NCBI RefSeq assembly: GCF_006345805.1
Contig: NW_021832104.1
Span: 1 to 33,103, forward strand
Direction of reading: 5' to 3'
DNA: 33,103 nt
From: Octopus sinensis
Taxonomy: Eukaryota
Shown here: positions 1 through 10,890 of the stretch, piece after piece
Layout: each line of letters opens with the position of its first letter
Numbering within the stretch: the first letter of the stretch is position 1
Translations under genes and position numbers: made by a program
Notes under the pieces: generated by a model
Seen by the model: only the letters and a program-made list of their open reading frames with translations
The model's database searches: none
Told to the model about the DNA's origin: nothing

Positions 1-382
1 GGTGGCGATACGTATTCAATACAAAAAAACAGATCAAATTGGTGGAAAGCGGTCAATACAGAAGATTGATGTTTCCGAAAGAGCGAGGAATTCATTTTTA
101 CCTTAAGCAAATGTGATGACCCATGGTGGATGTTCGCTGGGTGGTTCTAATGAGTTTTTGTGAAGTGTTCGTTTATAATGCCTGTTAGGTGGTCAATTCA
201 GCGTAGCGTGACGTCATCAACGTTTTGACCAATCGTTTCGTTAGGTGGCTTTAGTCAAGTAGAACGGGACGTCATCATTATTTTGACCAATCGTTGCATT
301 ATAACTGCCTCTTGTTTGTTTTCCTGTTTTGACCAGTCGCTTCGTTAGTCAAGTAGAACGGGACGTCATCATTATTTTGACC
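1..382 (+). other. Unclassified segment: possible ORF end (WRYVFNTKKQIKLVESGQYRRLMFPKERGIHFYLKQM*) followed by a mosaic of short direct repeats
   Basis: Open frame from position 3 to TGA at ~114-116. The 38-mer TTAGTCAAGTAGAACGGGACGTCATCATTATTTTGACC is exact at 251-288 and 345-382, with a partial copy at 209-237. The segment ends abruptly in (TATG)n. Confidence 0.35.
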
Positions 383-383
383 T

Positions 384-495
384 TATGTATGTATGTATGT
401 ATGTTGTATATATGTATGTGTATATATATATAATCTATGTATATGTGTGTATGTGTTATGTATGTACATATTTGTGCGCAAATATATAAATACGT
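384..495. repeat. Compound (TATG)/(TA)/(TG) microsatellite
   Basis: Direct reading. Confidence 0.9.
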
Positions 496-527
496 ATATT
501 TACTAGCATTAATTTTATGGATTAATG

Positions 528-600
528 CCTTGAAAGCAGTGCTCCAGCATGACCGTAGCTAATGATTGAAACACATGAATGTAGAAAAGAATAAAATAAA
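528..600 (+). mobile_element. SINE family B 3' tail fragment
   Basis: GCAGTGCTCCAGCATGACCGTAGCTAATGATTGAAACA...AAAAGAATAAAATAAA matches the tail of the full copy at 15702-16083. Confidence 0.7.
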
Positions 601-696
601 ACAACGCTTCGCTCTTTCGTGGGACTGCAGATCAAAGGCTGGAGAATTCATCCCCGCGAGAAATTGGGAAATCCATTGGATATCGCTCTGTCTTTT

Positions 697-698
<2 letters not shown>

Positions 699-737
<39 letters not shown>

Positions 738-955
738 TTTCTCTCTCTCTCTCTCTTTGTTTTTGTTCCTCCATCACCGCTTGACAACCCGTGCTGATGT
801 GTTGCAGTTCCTGTTACTAAGCGGTTGCGCCAAAGCGACGATAGAATAATTACCAGGCTTTAAAATATACAAGTACCGAAGTCGAAACAGAATAATATTT
901 TCTTCAAGGCTGTGCCCCAGTATGACCGCACCCTAATGGCTGAAACAAATTTTAA
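699..955 (+). mobile_element. (CT)n tract (699-757) followed by a degenerate 3' half of SINE family B
   Basis: CACCGCTTGACAACC...GATAGAATAATTACCAGGCTT...AAGGCTGTGCCCCAGTATGACCGCA aligns by eye to 15890-16080. Confidence 0.7.
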
Positions 956-970
956 AATACTAAATTCCTT

Positions 971-1157
971 ATATATTTCTTTATTGTCCACAAGGGTCTA
1001 AACACAGAGGGGGACAAACAAGGACAGACAAAGGGATTAAGTCGATTACATCGACCCCTGGGCGTAACTGGTACTTTATTTATCGACCCCGAAAGGATGA
1101 AAGGCAAAGTCGAACTCGGCGGAATTTGAACTCAGAACGTAATGGCAGACGAACAAT
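971..1157 (-). mobile_element. SINE family A, head-truncated
   Basis: Body and tail near-identical to 27403-27586; stops at GACGAA, the recurrent truncation point. Confidence 0.9.
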
Positions 1158-1160
1158 TTC

Positions 1161-1399
1161 ACTTTATTTCACGTTACTCTATTTCACTCAGCTGTAGAAA
1201 TGAGCTGTGACGTCACTGGTGACGTCACTGGTATCAACCTCTGCCTTTCCCTCGGATAACATCGGTGGCGTAAAGAGGGGAAACTTGTATGTATGGGCGA
1301 CTGTTGATCTTCCATAAACAACCTCTCCCGGACTTGTACTTCCGAGAGTAACTTTCTAGGTGCAGTGCCATTGTCATTCATGACCGAAGGCCGTCTCTA
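1161..1399 (+). mobile_element. SINE family D, 5'-truncated
   Basis: ACTTTATTTCACGTTACTCTATTTCACTCA core is shared with the element at 14321-14640, followed by a distinct tail ending TCATGACCGAAGGCCGTCTCTA. The tail is recognised from octopus repeats and was not database-checked. Confidence 0.7.
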
Positions 1400-1545
1400 T
1401 CATTTTACTCATCTGCACAATAACATCTCATTCACCTTATCATTCCACCCAGCCGTACCAATATTTCAATTGTCATTCCTTCTCCATTGCTATGACAATA
1501 CAACGCACATCGCCAACAGTATGCTGGTTCCAAAAGATTTTTCTC

Positions 1546-1600
1546 TGCATGATGTCTGTGTGTATGCGTGTATATATGTGTGCGTGTGCGTATGTGCGTG

Positions 1601-1639
<39 letters not shown>

Positions 1640-1687
1640 ATGCGTGTATATATGTGTGCGTGTGCGTGTGTGCGTGTGTGTGTGCGC

Positions 1688-1718
<31 letters not shown>

Positions 1719-1754
1719 CGTGTATATATGTGTGCGTGTGCGTGTGTGTGCGTG

Positions 1755-1811
<57 letters not shown>

Positions 1812-1862
1812 ATGCGTGTATATATGTGTGCGTGTGCGTGTGTGCGTGTGCGTATGCGTGTG
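1546..1862. repeat. Compound (TG)/(TGCG)/(TA) microsatellite with ~76-bp higher-order period
   Basis: The 28-mer TATGCGTGTATATATGTGTGCGTGTGCG occurs at 1563, 1639, 1715 and 1811. Confidence 0.9.
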
Positions 1863-2086
1863 TTTGGCACTGCGTGGGTGTAAATATTGAATCAATAAAT
1901 TAATTCTACCAAACGTTAATTAATTAATCTGTCGTATCCTTTATCATAATTTGTGTTAATTTAAATTCGCTGGAGAATATCTGTCAACACTTCGGAGTCT
2001 ACTAAACGTTGAGAACCAGCTAACGACTAAGGGTCGGCTCCGTAACTTCCATTGCCGCTCATCTCGACTTGAGCCTTAATTAGATA

Positions 2087-2088
2087 TT

Positions 2089-2124
<36 letters not shown>

Positions 2125-2266
2125 GTCATCGTCATCGTCATCGTCATCATCATCATCATCATCATCATCATCGTCATCATCATCAATATCATCATCATCG
2201 TCATCATCATCGTCATCATCATCATCATCAATATCATCATCATCGTCATCATCATCGTCATCGTCG

Positions 2267-2299
<33 letters not shown>

Positions 2300-2318
2300 A
2301 TATCATCATCATCATCAT

Positions 2319-2359
<41 letters not shown>

Positions 2360-2377
2360 TATTATTATTATTATTGA
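2087..2377. repeat. (CAT)n/(CGT) tract grading into (ATT)n
   Basis: Direct reading. Confidence 0.95.
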
Positions 2378-2875
2378 GTGAGCGAGCAGAGCATGCCATC
2401 AAAGTGACACTGGTGTAAAATATACGAAGCCCAGTATACCCATCATGACTACCTGTCTGATAAGGGTACACTAGGCACATGCATCACAACCATATGTGCG
2501 CGACATGGTGATCTCATATCAAGATAAACAGCACATGACCTTGCAGGTGGAGCCCAGTTAGAATTTTCTTCAGGTTGAGTAGCCCATCCCGCTCAAAAGG
2601 TCCCTGAATAAGGGTTGTTTAAGGACGTTGAACGAAACACCCATGTTTCCAGAGGTGAATTATTCAAACCCCAAAGAATCCTCTCAACACATGGCTATGA
2701 TGCTCCCCCACTACTTCTGCTCGTGATCGGAGATGCACCTATCGTCAGCCACTAAGGGACATGCTCAACTAGTTAAGGTCAAACAACTGACAAGCAAATC
2801 TATGGTATTGAGCAGAATATTTGCTGTAGCCCATCTTTTATACCAAGACAAAACAATGTACATGGTAACACTTCC

Positions 2876-2876
<1 letters not shown>
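2378..2876 (-). mobile_element. Non-coding retroposon fragment (SINE or LINE 3' end) with (AAT)n tail
   Basis: ~500-bp complex sequence that ends on the minus strand in CTCGCTCACTCAATAATAATAAT. Recognised as a common octopus interspersed repeat; family not assigned. Confidence 0.6.
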
Positions 2877-2912
<36 letters not shown>

Positions 2913-2938
2913 CATCATTATTATTATTATTATTATTG

Positions 2939-2973
<35 letters not shown>
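2877..2973. repeat. (ATT)n(AGT)n microsatellite
   Basis: Direct reading. Confidence 0.95.
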
Positions 2974-2974
<1 letters not shown>

Positions 2975-3153
2975 AGATGACAAGCTGGCAGAATCGCTAA
3001 CACGTTGGACGGAACGCTTAGCGGCATTTCGCCTGTCGCTACGTTCTGAGTTCAAATTCCAACGAAGTCGACTTTGCCATTCATCCTTTTGGGGTCGATA
3101 AATTAAGTACCAGTGAAGCAATGGGGTCGATATAATTGACTAGTCCCCTCCCC
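2975..3153 (+). mobile_element. SINE family A (short-tail variant)
   Basis: A-box-like AGCTGGCAGAATCG, B-box-like GAGTTCAAATTCC, core GTCGACTTTGCCATTCATCCTTTTGGGGTCGATAAATTAAGTACCAG. Confidence 0.9.
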
Positions 3154-3289
3154 ATACATAATTATAACATATTATATACATAATTATGTATAATAATTAT
3201 AATATTTGTAAAATTCACCTATAAGGGTTTTATTTTTGCGCTGACCGCTTGGTAGAATCATTAATGATTTTTACCCTTTATTATAATTA

Positions 3290-3364
<75 letters not shown>
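3290..3364. repeat. (TA)n tract that hosts the Tc1 insertion
   Basis: Direct reading. Confidence 0.95.
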
Positions 3365-3367
<3 letters not shown>

Positions 3368-4852
3368 TGGCGCCAGTGCGCATTTAATTTAAGAAGCTAG
3401 TATACAAATCTTAAAATGGCACTTTTTACATATTCAAGTTGTAAATTGTGAATTAAGATTTATATCAAAATAAGGAAAATTTCAGGAGCTTTAATATGGT
3501 ATACAACTTTACAGCATCACATCTATATTAATCTTAAATCAAAAATAAATCTTAATTGGCGCTATAAGCGCCATTTAATTTAAGAACGACTTGTCATTTT
3601 TTAAAAATTTTTTGCTTTAATAAGCTCACACAATCAATATTTGGTTGGATATCCAAAATTACTTAATACAGCTTTGCATCTGCGAAACATAGAATTAATT
3701 ATTCAGATCATTTATCACTGTTCCTGAGATTTTTTACCATTTTGGTTTATAATGTTTTAAAAAATCATCCTTATTATTTGGCTTACTAATTTGCACAACA
3801 TACCCAACCTTTCCCAAAGATTTTCCTTGAGATTCAGCGTTTATAAGCATAATCTTATCCAATATTTCTAGATAACACTTACTATCCATAATGCCCTTGA
3901 TTCGGATTATAGGACCGACGCCTTTTCCCGACATGTACTCCGCACCATCACACTTCCAACACCGTGCTTAATTGTAGGTCGGATGCGTTCCGGATGATAT
4001 TCTTCGCCCATACGCCTTCTTACATACTTCCTGCCATCACTGTCGAACAAGTTGAACTTTGACTCGTCCGACCACAACACATTCCACCAATCTGCTGGAC
4101 TCCAATTCAAATGCCCTTTTGCGAACTATATTTGGGCACGTCGACTTTTTTTAAGAAATGTATGGCTTTTCGCGAGAGACTCTTCCTAGAAGTCCAAATT
4201 CCTTGAGACGGTATTTTATGGTAGACACTCCAATGGTAAGTCCATATTTTTGCCGAATTTCTTTTAAATTGTCAGCAGCGGTCATTTTTTTTGTGTTTGT
4301 TAAGGACAGTCTATGAATGTATCTATCCATTCTTGCCGCTGCTTTTCTTGGTTGTCCAGGATGAAAGCGGTCTTTATAATCATGAGTTTCTTTATAAAGA
4401 TGGACAGCATTGTAGATGGTGTTTTAGAGCATCCAACTTCGTTTGAAATAGCTTTATATGACCATTTCAGACTACGAAGCTGAACGATCTTCGCTCTGGT
4501 TTCTGGTGTTGAGTTTTGTCTCTTACCCATCACATCTATTAAGTAACTTAAAAAATGTAACAGCATGCAAATCACCCTACCTTTATATTAGTCAATAAGG
4601 CACAAAAAGAATGAAATTTTGCAAATCGTTCTTAAATTAAGTGGCGGCGTAAATTACGCAAAATATAATTTATTTTTAATTTAAAAGTGATAGGTTGATG
4701 TTACGCTGTGAAGTTGTATACCATATTAAAGCTTGTAAAATGTTTCTTTATTTTGATATACATCTTGATTCACAATTTACAACTTGAATATATAAAACAA
4801 ATGCCCTTTTAACATTAGTATACTAGCGTTCTTAAGTTAAATGGCGCCACTG
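3365..4852 (-). mobile_element. Tc1-family DNA transposon, IR/DR type, decayed
   Basis: TA|CAGTGGCGCC...GGCGCCACTG|TA ends. Imperfect inverted repeats of ~230 bp (3365-~3595 and ~4620-4852), each carrying outer and inner copies of GCGCCATTTAA(T/C)TTAAGAACG. Transposase remnant inside. Confidence 0.95.
3634..4530 (-). pseudogene. Tc1 (DD34E-class) transposase pseudogene
   Basis: Motifs in order: MGKRQNSTPETRAKIV (paired-like HTH), GQPRK, RVSREKPYIS, WWNVLWSDESKFNLF, PTIKHGVGSVMV, ENLW, SMFRRCKAVLSNFGYPTKY*. There are several frameshifts and stops, and the segment carrying the second catalytic Asp (FQQDN...SPDLNPI) is absent. Confidence 0.93.
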
Positions 4853-4856
4853 TATG

Positions 4857-4936
<80 letters not shown>

Positions 4937-4975
4937 TGTGCGAGTGCGTGTGTGTACATATAAGCGTGTATAGCT
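4853..4975. repeat. (TA)/(TG) microsatellite
   Basis: Direct reading. Confidence 0.9.
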
Positions 4976-6429
4976 GAGTGCGTGTAAGCATGTTTTTGAA
5001 GGAACACCATTCCGTACAACTCTACTGAATTGCAAGTAATTGCTCTCAACCGAAACCCCATCCAATTTTGTGATTCCTATATATTTCTCTATCTGCTGTC
5101 CAACAATTGACACTGTTCGTTTTACTGTAATAGATATAATATAAAAACTTTCTCGTTTGCCTAGGTATTTCCTGGTTCAGTTATGTCAGAGTAATATATA
5201 CTATTAACCAGCAGAGCATATACACAAGAAAACAATTGCTACGTTTACCAATAACCTTTCCACAGAAAAAGGAAAAGGTAGAAAAAAAGACCGTAACTTC
5301 AGTATTTAAGCAGGCAATTTAAATGTGAGTAAACTATTGCTGTATCTGTAGGTTCTGACACAAAAGAATTACTGAACAAAAACGATACGAGGATGGAAGC
5401 TGGAAGGATTTATATAAAAAAAAAAAAGATGTCCGGATACAAACAAGAGAATGAAACATGGCGGCCTTGACACCGCGATTTTCTTACGATTAACAAATGT
5501 TGCGATGGTTCATGTAAAGTCATAAAACTGTAAGAGCATTAAGAGACGGAATGGTTCTTCTCCACAATGCAAACATCATTAAAATCCTTTTCAATCAATG
5601 TTTATGAAGATTTCGCTACAGTGAATGTTTCGTGTAAAGCTTTGTATGAGGTTGCTAACAAGATCAGTGCTATAGAATACAATCAAAGACTAGGTTCTAT
5701 ACATTTGCCTTGTTTGAATAGGCACTAATAGAATATGATTTCCTTGTTAGCGGAATCTAAGTTAGCGTTCGTTTCTACATAGTAAACTCGCATCAAATAT
5801 ATACCTGCAGTAACAAGTTGCAAACAAGCAGACGATCGATATAAAATACTTGTCGTATTAAAATGAAGTCTAAGCTAAGCCCAGCATTAGAAGCTGATAT
5901 ATGATGCGTGTGTGCAACATATATAATAATCCCACACACGTACAAGCATTGGCACAGATATATACACACACACAAAATAAGCTATACCCACGCATTTATA
6001 AACACATATGTAATGAGTGTGATTTTGTATTTAAGAAGTTGTTCAAATGCAAATGAAGTTATAAATAATAGCTCGTCAGTAAATCTTATAGAATACTCGT
6101 CAGCCAATCAAACGGTACGGAGTAGTCGACAGCTAAGAAATAACAAGACAAACCGTGGACGGAAACTGAAGCATGTGTCTACGGCATATCAAATAGCTGT
6201 GTTGTCTTGACACTAAGGAGACGGAACGGTTGTCTATGTCAAAAGAAGTGGCTTGTTCTTTGTACAAGCGAGAAAATGAATAAATTTGATTTAGTTTGCT
6301 TATTAAAGTAATGACAATTTGAAAGCACGTGTTTTTAAAACTTTGATGAAATAAAAATAGTTATAAACAGTAGCACATAACATAGATGGAACTGTCTTAA
6401 GCTACAATGAAAGTGGACAGAATCAAATT

Positions 6430-6493
6430 CGCACACACACACACACGCGCATATACACATACATGTATATATATATACATTCGCATATATAAA

Positions 6494-6566
<73 letters not shown>

Positions 6567-6587
6567 CATATTATTATATATATATAC
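6430..6587. repeat. (CA)/(TA) microsatellite
   Basis: Direct reading. Confidence 0.9.
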
Positions 6588-6686
6588 GAGGTTTCTTTTA
6601 GTTTCCGTCAACGAAAACCACTGACAGGGCTTGGAACCATGTGCTTGGTAAGCAAGCTACCTACGACACAGGCCACTCCTGCGCCT
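6588..6686 (-). mobile_element. SINE family B 5' part with internal deletion
   Basis: Matches 16652-16813 but lacks the ~60 nt between AAGGCTT and GGAACCATGTG, including the B-box-like region. Flanked by (TA)n on both sides. Confidence 0.8.
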
Positions 6687-7120
<434 letters not shown>

Positions 7121-7844
7121 CATTATGACAAAAAAAAATATTAACATCGTGGACCCAATTAAGTTTCGTCTCTACGAAGAAAATCATCAGCAGGTAAATG
7201 GTAAACATCGTTATATTGCAAGCTCATTGATTTATGAAGCTCTGCATTTCCAGAAAATTGATCTGCGAGTGTGTGTGTGTCTGTGTGTGTGTGTGTGTGT
7301 CTGTGTAAATGATAGGAGAGGAAGAGATGAAGGTAGAACGATAGAAAGAGAGAGAGAGAGAAAGAGCGAAAGGGAGTGAGTGGCAGCGCAAAGTGAAAGC
7401 ATTCTTATCACAAGAAATCGTTGGCGAGAGAATCATGTTTTCTTTTTTTTTTTTTTTATCGTGTTCGATATATTCTCTAATAATATTTTTAAAAATATGT
7501 TTGCCGCGAAGGAAATCCAACTAATTGCAGATACAGTTGTAGTTCCTTCTGTATATAGCGTTCTTATATCGAAAAAGGTAAAAAAAAAAAGGGAAAAAGG
7601 TGGGCAAAAGAATCAATATTGCTGAACTGCCAACATTATCTTCAAACATAAATGAATTTGTATCAACACATGTTTATAACTAGATGTATATTATTTCGAG
7701 ACGATGTACGTAACCAGAAATCTCTGAGAGAATATATCTAAGAGTGAAGTGTGTATTAAATGCAGGAAGGTGTTATATGTGTGTGCATGTATATATATAC
7801 ACACATGCTCACCGAATACAAACAAGGGATATATTTCCAGTAAT

Positions 7845-7923
7845 AATAAAAATAATAATAATAATAATAACAACAACAACAACAATAATAATAATAATGA
7901 TAATAATAACAATGATATATAAC

Positions 7924-8008
<85 letters not shown>

Positions 8009-8010
8009 TT
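7845..8010. repeat. (AAT)/(AAC)/(CA)/(TA) microsatellite
   Basis: Direct reading. Confidence 0.9.
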
Positions 8011-8444
8011 GAATATAAGAGAGTTACCGCTAAGTGGTTAACTCTAGTGCTAAAAATAGCTCCTTTTCTGGTATAGCCACCAAAAGTTTGTTTCCAATAA
8101 GAAATAACATTACATTCAACGTAGGAAAATGAAATACAACGAAAAAATAGATTAACGCCGAACAATTGTTTCATTTTTCCCCCTCATTTATGAATATATA
8201 TATATATATATATATATATACAAGATAAGAAAATGGAGAAATACATCTAAATCAAATATCAATTATCAGATAATACTCAATCACATACTTTATTAAACCA
8301 CCACATAAGAGACTTGTAGGGTTAAACATAAAAAAGCAGAACAAATCAGTGTACATAAAGGAATATACATAAAAAAGTGTACATAAAAGAGTAATGTAGT
8401 ATAATAAATAGAAAATATATAAAAAAGAGAATATAAATATAAGT

Positions 8445-8469
8445 AAATATAAATATAATATATATATAC

Positions 8470-8518
<49 letters not shown>

Positions 8519-8528
8519 GATGAGTATA

Positions 8529-8563
<35 letters not shown>

Positions 8564-8600
8564 GTAGTAGTAGTAGTATCTCTCTTGGGTACAGCGATAC
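8445..8600. repeat. (TA)n and (TAG)n microsatellite
   Basis: Direct reading. Confidence 0.9.
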
Positions 8601-8848
8601 AAACAATGTGTGTTAGAACTCAATATGAATATGCTTCAGAAGAAAGCGTCATCCGAGTGCAGAGCAGCAATAAGAAATTAAAAGGACAAGGAAAGAAGAT
8701 ATATATGTGTGTCTGTGTGTTTCTGTATATATATTATATATCTTAGTTTGAGAAGAGACAAAATTTAGATAATCATTCTATAGTTTCGATTTACATCAAC
8801 ATAATAAATACTTATAACATAAAATTATAGCAAGACAAGGAACATTTT

Positions 8849-9233
8849 CTTTTCTACTTTAGACACAAGGCCCGAAATTTTAGGGGTAGGGGCCAGTCGA
8901 TTAAATCGACCCCAGTGCGCAATTGGTACTTAATTTATCCACCCTGAAAGGATGAAAGGCAAAGTCGACCTGAGCGAAATTTGAACCCAGAACGTAGCGG
9001 CGGGCGAAATACTTATTTCTTTACTACCCAGAAGGGGCTAAACACAGAGGGGACAAACAAGGACAGACAAACGGATTAAGTCGATGTAATCGACCCCAGT
9101 GCGTAACGTTTACTTAATTTATCGACCCCGAAAGGATGAGAGGCCAAATCGACCTCGGCGGAACTTGAACTCAGAACGTAACGGCAGAAGAAATACCTCT
9201 AAGTATTTCGCCCGGCGTCCTAACGTTTCTGCA
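8849..9233 (-). mobile_element. SINE family A dimer: near-full unit (9013-9233) joined to a head-less short-tail unit (8849-9012)
   Basis: Two consecutive bodies; junction GAAATA-CT-TATTTC at 9006-9019. Confidence 0.9.
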
Positions 9234-9331
9234 GTTGCATATGAATATATATATATATATATACACACATATATATATGTATGTATATACATATTTGTAC
9301 ATATACGTATGTATATATGCATATATGTATC

Positions 9332-9363
<32 letters not shown>

Positions 9364-10206
9364 ATAATATATATGTGCATATATATACATATACACACAT
9401 ATAGAAAGAGAGAGGGAGATAGGTAGATAAATAGATAAACTGTAGGAACATCTAAATAACCGTGATAGTGTGTCTTTGTAGTTATATGTGTGTTTCTGTA
9501 TATATGCGTGAGCGTCATGAGCGTGGTACGTTATATGTATGTGTGTGTGTGTGTGTGTGTAGTTTTAGAGTTATAAAGGTACTTACAGATGCAGAAATAT
9601 ATATACATAAATATATCGATACAGTCATGTATGTACATACATGCATAGTCACGTAGACAAACAAGCACGTACATAGAGTCATATTGGTAAACATGCGACA
9701 GAATCCAAAGCGTTGTTCGTTTCACACAAGTGCAATAAAGTCAATTGTTTGACATTTTTTAATGGGCAACCATGAGGAACTAATGTTATCATGTGTTGTG
9801 AACTGAAACAAGTTAAAGCGGAAATTGAAATCTCATCACAAAATAGATGTATGGAAGAAAAAACGGATAATACAAGACAGAAAAGTAACTACTGTCTATC
9901 ATGCCTTACTTTGAAATACTAATGATAGTAATTAGATTAATGAGTTGTGAATCGCAAACTTGCTTCTTTTGTGAAGCTTAACTCTACACTGAGTAGCCAG
10001 TAACAACTAAAGGTAACCATTTTTTTTAGTGGTTTTGGTAATTAAGTTTTATTTCCTAATTGCTTCTATCCAGAAATCAAAGGAAATGACTACAATTCCC
10101 TTCAATTTTTGCTTTTGTGATCTGGACATCAATGTTTTGAAACCGACCTATTTTTCGTTTTATTTTTCAGATGCATTCAACGCTGACTTGCTGAAACAGA
10201 ATTTTG

Positions 10207-10277
10207 TAGAACCTGCTAGAAATTCCAAAAGCTCTCGAGAAGTTTCGAAAAGTTTCAAGAATTTCTAGAACGTTCTG
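10207..10277. promoter_or_regulatory. Heat-shock-element-like nGAAn/nTTCn array
   Basis: GAA-gt-TTC-ga-aAA-gt-TTC-aa-GAA (10239-10261) and a perfect TTC-ta-GAA-cg-TTC (10263-10275), preceded by degenerate units. Confidence 0.45.
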
Positions 10278-10489
10278 GTAATATAGATGCCAGGATAAAT
10301 TACTTCTAGCTCTCCAATTGTAGACAAGCTTGAAGAAATCAAAGTTTGAAGGAAATAGCCATTTTTCATATTGCTAGGAATAAGCAAATAAGAAATAACA
10401 GCGGTTACCCAAGCGCAAAATCGTATTACCTAGTGTAATTCTTTATAATATGGGAACAAGGTAATTGATATTGAGGACATGGAGCAAGT

Positions 10490-10650
10490 CGGTTTCATCA
10501 AAATCTAGCGTTCAACTGGCTCTTACTTTATCGCTCCGGAGTGGATGGAAAGCAAAGTCGAACTCACCTGGAATTTGAACTCAGAACATAAGACCGGAAA
10601 AAATGCCGCTAAGCATTTTGCCTGACATGCTAATATTCGACCAGCTTGCC
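10490..10650 (-). mobile_element. Old degenerate SINE family A
   Basis: GGATGGAAAGCAAAGTCGAACTC..GGAATTTGAACTCAGAAC...GCCGCTAAGCATTTTGCC. Confidence 0.75.
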
Positions 10651-10724
10651 GATTTCTATAGGGCATTAATTAAAATAATGAGCGTTTCTAATTTTTTTAA
10701 GCAAAATATCTGTCATATTGATAA

Positions 10725-10890
10725 GTCAGTTACGTCGAGCTTAACTAGTGCTTTATTATTTTAGAGCCCCGAAAGAATGAAATGCAAAGCGGTCTTGCCA
10801 AGGTTTGATCTCAGGACGTGAAAAGGCGGAACAAATACCATAAAGTATTTTGTCCAACTCTTTAATGATTCTGCCAATCTGGCACCCTTT
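10725..10890 (-). mobile_element. Old degenerate SINE family A
   Basis: CCCCGAAAGAATGAAATGCAAAG...TTTGATCTCAGGACG...AAATACC..AAGTATTTTGTCC. Confidence 0.65.
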
